Source: Nemertoderma westbladi
Taxonomy: Eukaryota; Animalia; Xenacoelomorpha
Assembly: GCA_032718475.1 (NCBI GenBank)
Contig: JAUCBJ010001143.1
Coordinates: 1 to 37,322, forward strand
Length of the DNA: 37,322 nucleotides
Reading direction: 5' to 3'
The notes under the pieces were generated by a model. That model ran no database searches. It worked only from the letters and a program-made list of their open reading frames with translations, and had not been told where the DNA came from. The translations under genes were made by a program, and so were the position numbers. Positions 33,901-37,322 of this stretch are shown here, piece after piece. How positions within the stretch are numbered: position 1 is the stretch's first letter; each line of letters begins with the position of its first letter.

Positions 33901-36190
33901 ATGAAGGACTCAAAGGGTATTTATCGAGGTCACTGTAAAGATTGTACATCTGATGAATGTGATGATTATATTTTGCCAACAGACATTGGGATGACACAGA
34001 ATTGTGCCTATTGTGGTTGTCCTCCAACCAAACACAGTAAAACTGAAGAAAGTACTAGTACCGCCACAGATAATGTAAATACAGATCCCCCTAGCATTTC
34101 TAATGTGAGCCTTCAGTTGTAAGTTTACCAACAGCTGTCATTTCTAATCCTGTTGCAACATCGACACCGGGATTTTCTGATACACCTGCAACATCATCAA
34201 ATGTATTCCCAAGGTCCTTAAATTTTGTTCCATCCTCAGTTACCGGCACATCTGCTTGGGATTTAAGATCTGAATTAATAAAAACAACCGAAGGTCGGCT
34301 TTTACTAGAAATCCAGGGCAATTTGGGAGAAAAACAGCGCCGAAATCTAGTAAATATAGTGACATCGTTGATAAAAACCAGTAGCATTGTACCATACACT
34401 ATATTTGAAGTGGCCGCAGCAGAGATAGTTAAGTTGTTTCCAGCAGAAGAAACATCAACTTATTTTTTCCGCAAACCAGCTGTGAAAGTCATTAACGGTA
34501 TAGATGTTACAACTTCTGTTTCATGTGGCAAACTTTATAATAAGTATATTACCATCAACAAACGCATTAAAGCAACATTCAGTGAGTCTCCACCACCATC
34601 TCCATCAGCATCAACATGCAGTGGATCAACATCTAGAGGAGGAAGAAATATTCTTAACACCGATGTTGATATAATGTATACAGAAGTAGACGATCAGATG
34701 GTTCTTGTGTTCCTTCTTCTCCTGCCCGGTTTTGTGTTCCTTCTTCTCCTGCCCGGTTTTGTGTTCCTTCTCCTGCGGCACCATCGTTACGAGTTGCGGG
34801 AACGGAATAGTGATATGGTTGGAATCTATTATGTGTTGGACCTCAGCCTCGTCCTCGGCCTCGACCCCCCCACCATCGCCCACGACCTTGTCGTGGGTCC
34901 ATAATTTTAATTGTAGCATTAGGGCTATTGATATTTATATGGTCCATGATGGTCTAGGTATGCTTAATAATTAATTTGGTGCACACCACTTGTGTTTGTT
35001 TTTTTAAATAGAGCATTTTTGTTTTTTTAAATAGCGCATTTAGAGGAAAAGGAGCAGGTTACAGAGGCGGGCTTTTCTTACCAAAACAATAAACGATCCA
35101 TTTTACTGAAACCAGAACTGAGATCAAACCTTCGTCACCATGGATATTCTTGCGAACACCACAAAGTCACTTCTTTATATAGATTGGTTGTGTTATATCA
35201 GGGTGTATTTGATACTCATAGATATCCTTATCTTCTGGATAATAGAACGGCATATGAATGTGTTACTATTGATTTTCAATATTTAATGAATGTTAAAGTT
35301 CATCCAGGTGAGTCAAAAATAGTATATTATTATAATATATTTTGTTTAGTGCAATAATATATTACGGATTAAAGTTTTAAAGATTTTTTTAATACATATT
35401 TTAAAATTAAAATATATTAAACTTTATTAAACCCTTATATGTAAGTTTTCCATTCCACCCTCACCCCATCGGGCTGTTATTTAATTTAAATTTCCCATTT
35501 TCTCATCATTATCATATATTATAAATATAATAATGAGAAAATATAAATTATGCAAATATATATGAAAATATACAGAATAGTTTATACTTATTTATTATCT
35601 GGTTTATTCTTACAGATGTAAATTCGAATGTTCTGTTTGAAACAATATTTGAAACCTTTTGTAAGGATTTCATAGAATCGCTTCCTCGTGTTACATCAAC
35701 TACCAAGGGTACATCCACAGTATCTAATGATATTTGTCGTCGTGCTCTATTAGCATTACCGGGGAAGTTATGTAAAAATGTTACTGTGAGCCAGAAGAAA
35801 GGATCACGGAAAATTTGGCGACCTAGTAGCAAGGAATGTGGCAACTCATTCATTATGTTGGTAAAGGATGACGTTGAGATGGACACCAATGTTCTTGAAA
35901 TGTGCAATACCTACTTAGAAAAGGGTTTGCGTATAATCCCTTTCCTTGTCGCCTTTGAAAGTTCCGAAAGTTGTGTATCCATATTTAACGACTTTAGATT
36001 TCCAATGAACTCAATACTCAGGTGCTTAGATTTTGTTTTCAAATTAATTCATGTGAATAATCTTGAGTACCCTGTGGCTTCTTCAAACGTCTGGCTGTTT
36101 CTAGAACGTTGTTATGGAATTCCTCCAACAGAAACATCCGCCATTGTTTCTGCCTTTGCCTCAGATTACTTAAAGAAAACGAAAGTTTGA
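33901..36190 (+). pseudogene. Spliced CMC/EnSpm-type transposon accessory gene, disrupted
   Basis: N-terminal RGHCKDC..C..CAYCGCPPTKH; RRNLV..IVKLFP..GKLYNKY; YPYL..IDF; GT-AG intron 35308-35615 joins in frame to WRPS..E..SFI..P..DFVFKLIHVNNLEYP....WLFLE. Premature TAA at 34120-34122. Confidence 0.7.
34704..34776. repeat. 27-bp tandem repeat x2.6
   Basis: ttgtgttccttcttctcctgcccggtt is repeated. Confidence 0.9.
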
Positions 36191-36594
36191 GATTCAAATA
36201 ATAAATATCATTTTAACTTTAGATTAGATTTAAGATTATTTTTTAATTTTATATTTTAACTCTTTATTCAGTACCTTACACCTTTTTCGTCTCCTATATA
36301 GGCCATCCCATCCTGGATGAGGTACTATCTAATTAACCCATTCAAACTGTGTCGGATGGTGTGCCGATCGATCAGCATTTCGATTTGAATCTGTTACTCC
36401 CTTTGTACTCGGGTTATACAAGAAGTGGCGGGCCGTCTCCAGAATTTACCCAGAGTTTGGTTTAACCGTAATAAAGGAAATGGATTTCGCATTCAATTGT
36501 ATTATCACTGTCATCATACAATCATAAGGGTTTTGGTTGGCTGCGCGTCATGTTTAAAAATGACTTATCGTAACATGTTGTCAAAGTTGGGTTC

Positions 36595-36837
36595 AGGTTT
36601 CATGCATCGTGTGTATAACGACTTATCATGAACCTCCCACTTTTCTTAATGATGTTCTAGAATGTGCTAGAACTGAGATCAAGTTTCTTGCACTGTGTAT
36701 AAAACAGTTTATCATGAAACATCTCACAGTCCTATTGTTTATGTCATTTTATTCATAATTGTTCTAGAACTAAGATCAAGTTTCATGCACCGTGTATAAA
36801 GCGATTTATCATGAAACATCCCATAGTCCTATTGTTA
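36595..36837. repeat. Three degenerate ~85-100-bp tandem units
   Basis: gtttcatgca..gtgtataa..ttatcatgaa occurs near 36597, 36683 and 36780, with ctagaact(g/a)agatcaag between units. Confidence 0.85.
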
Positions 36838-37035
36838 TTTGGGGACGGAAGTGATGTAAGGATAAATTATGTTAGCCTGTCAAGCTGAATATATGGCATA
36901 TTTTTAAAAACGTAATGGGGTCAGTGGTTAACGATATCGATTCATTCACGATGTCGATATCATTCAGCATATCGACATGATCGATCGATCATGTGATGTA
37001 CACCATAGAAATTATACAATCTTTATGTATATTGA

Positions 37036-37269
37036 TTGCCCAAATGGGCAAGTAATATTAATTCAACTGCCAAAACTAGCAAGTGATATAGATTATCTTG
37101 CCAAAACTGGCAAGTCATATTTAGAAACTTCCCAAACTGGCAAGTAATATAAATGCACTTGCCAAATGTGGCAAGTCATATTTATAAACTTGCCTAAACT
37201 GGCAAGTAATAGAAATGACTTGCCAAAACTGGCAAGTCATATTTATTAGCTTGCCCAAACTGGCAAGTA
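37036..37269. repeat. Eight 30-31-bp units with palindromic core cttgccaaaactggcaag
   Basis: Directly visible. Possibly transposon subterminal repeats. Confidence 0.93.
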
Positions 37270-37322
37270 TTGTAATAATGTATTAGTATTTGGTTTTGAT
37301 TTCTTTAGTAAAATTGTGCATT

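Noticed and set aside
36300-36400. Hammerhead-like ctggatgag
   Set aside because: No stem II followed by GAAA.
36922-36992. hAT-like left end cagtggtt with CGAT-rich subterminal motifs
   Set aside because: No matching TIR or TSD within the window.
37036-37269. CRISPR-like look of palindromic repeats with variable spacers
   Set aside because: Linkers are only 12-13 bp and homologous to each other, there are no cas genes, and the context is eukaryotic.

Overview
AT-rich eukaryotic DNA, probably from an invertebrate animal, made almost entirely of nested and decayed mobile elements; no intact host housekeeping gene was recognised. From left to right: (1) a disabled proto-Helentron/Helitron2-like RepHel gene ending in a perfect 63-bp fold-back; (2) LINE and CRE scraps; (3) two Penelope-like (GIY-YIG) elements with minimal hammerhead ribozymes, one split by a CR1-group LINE; (4) a 22-bp minisatellite; (5) a second, divergent Rep-helicase relic; (6) TTAA-ended DNA-transposon pieces, a Tc1/mariner MITE, tRNA-derived SINEs and a HINE; (7) a compact intronless cluster (about 21.7-28.8 kb) with at least three disabled SGNH-hydrolase paralogues, two sharing a TATA motif and one followed by a canonical histone 3' stem-loop; (8) a three-level nest hAT > TIR element > LINE with TSDs on the hAT and LINE; (9) a spliced CMC/EnSpm-type accessory gene followed by palindromic tandem repeats. 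All family assignments come from reading motifs by eye, not from database searches.
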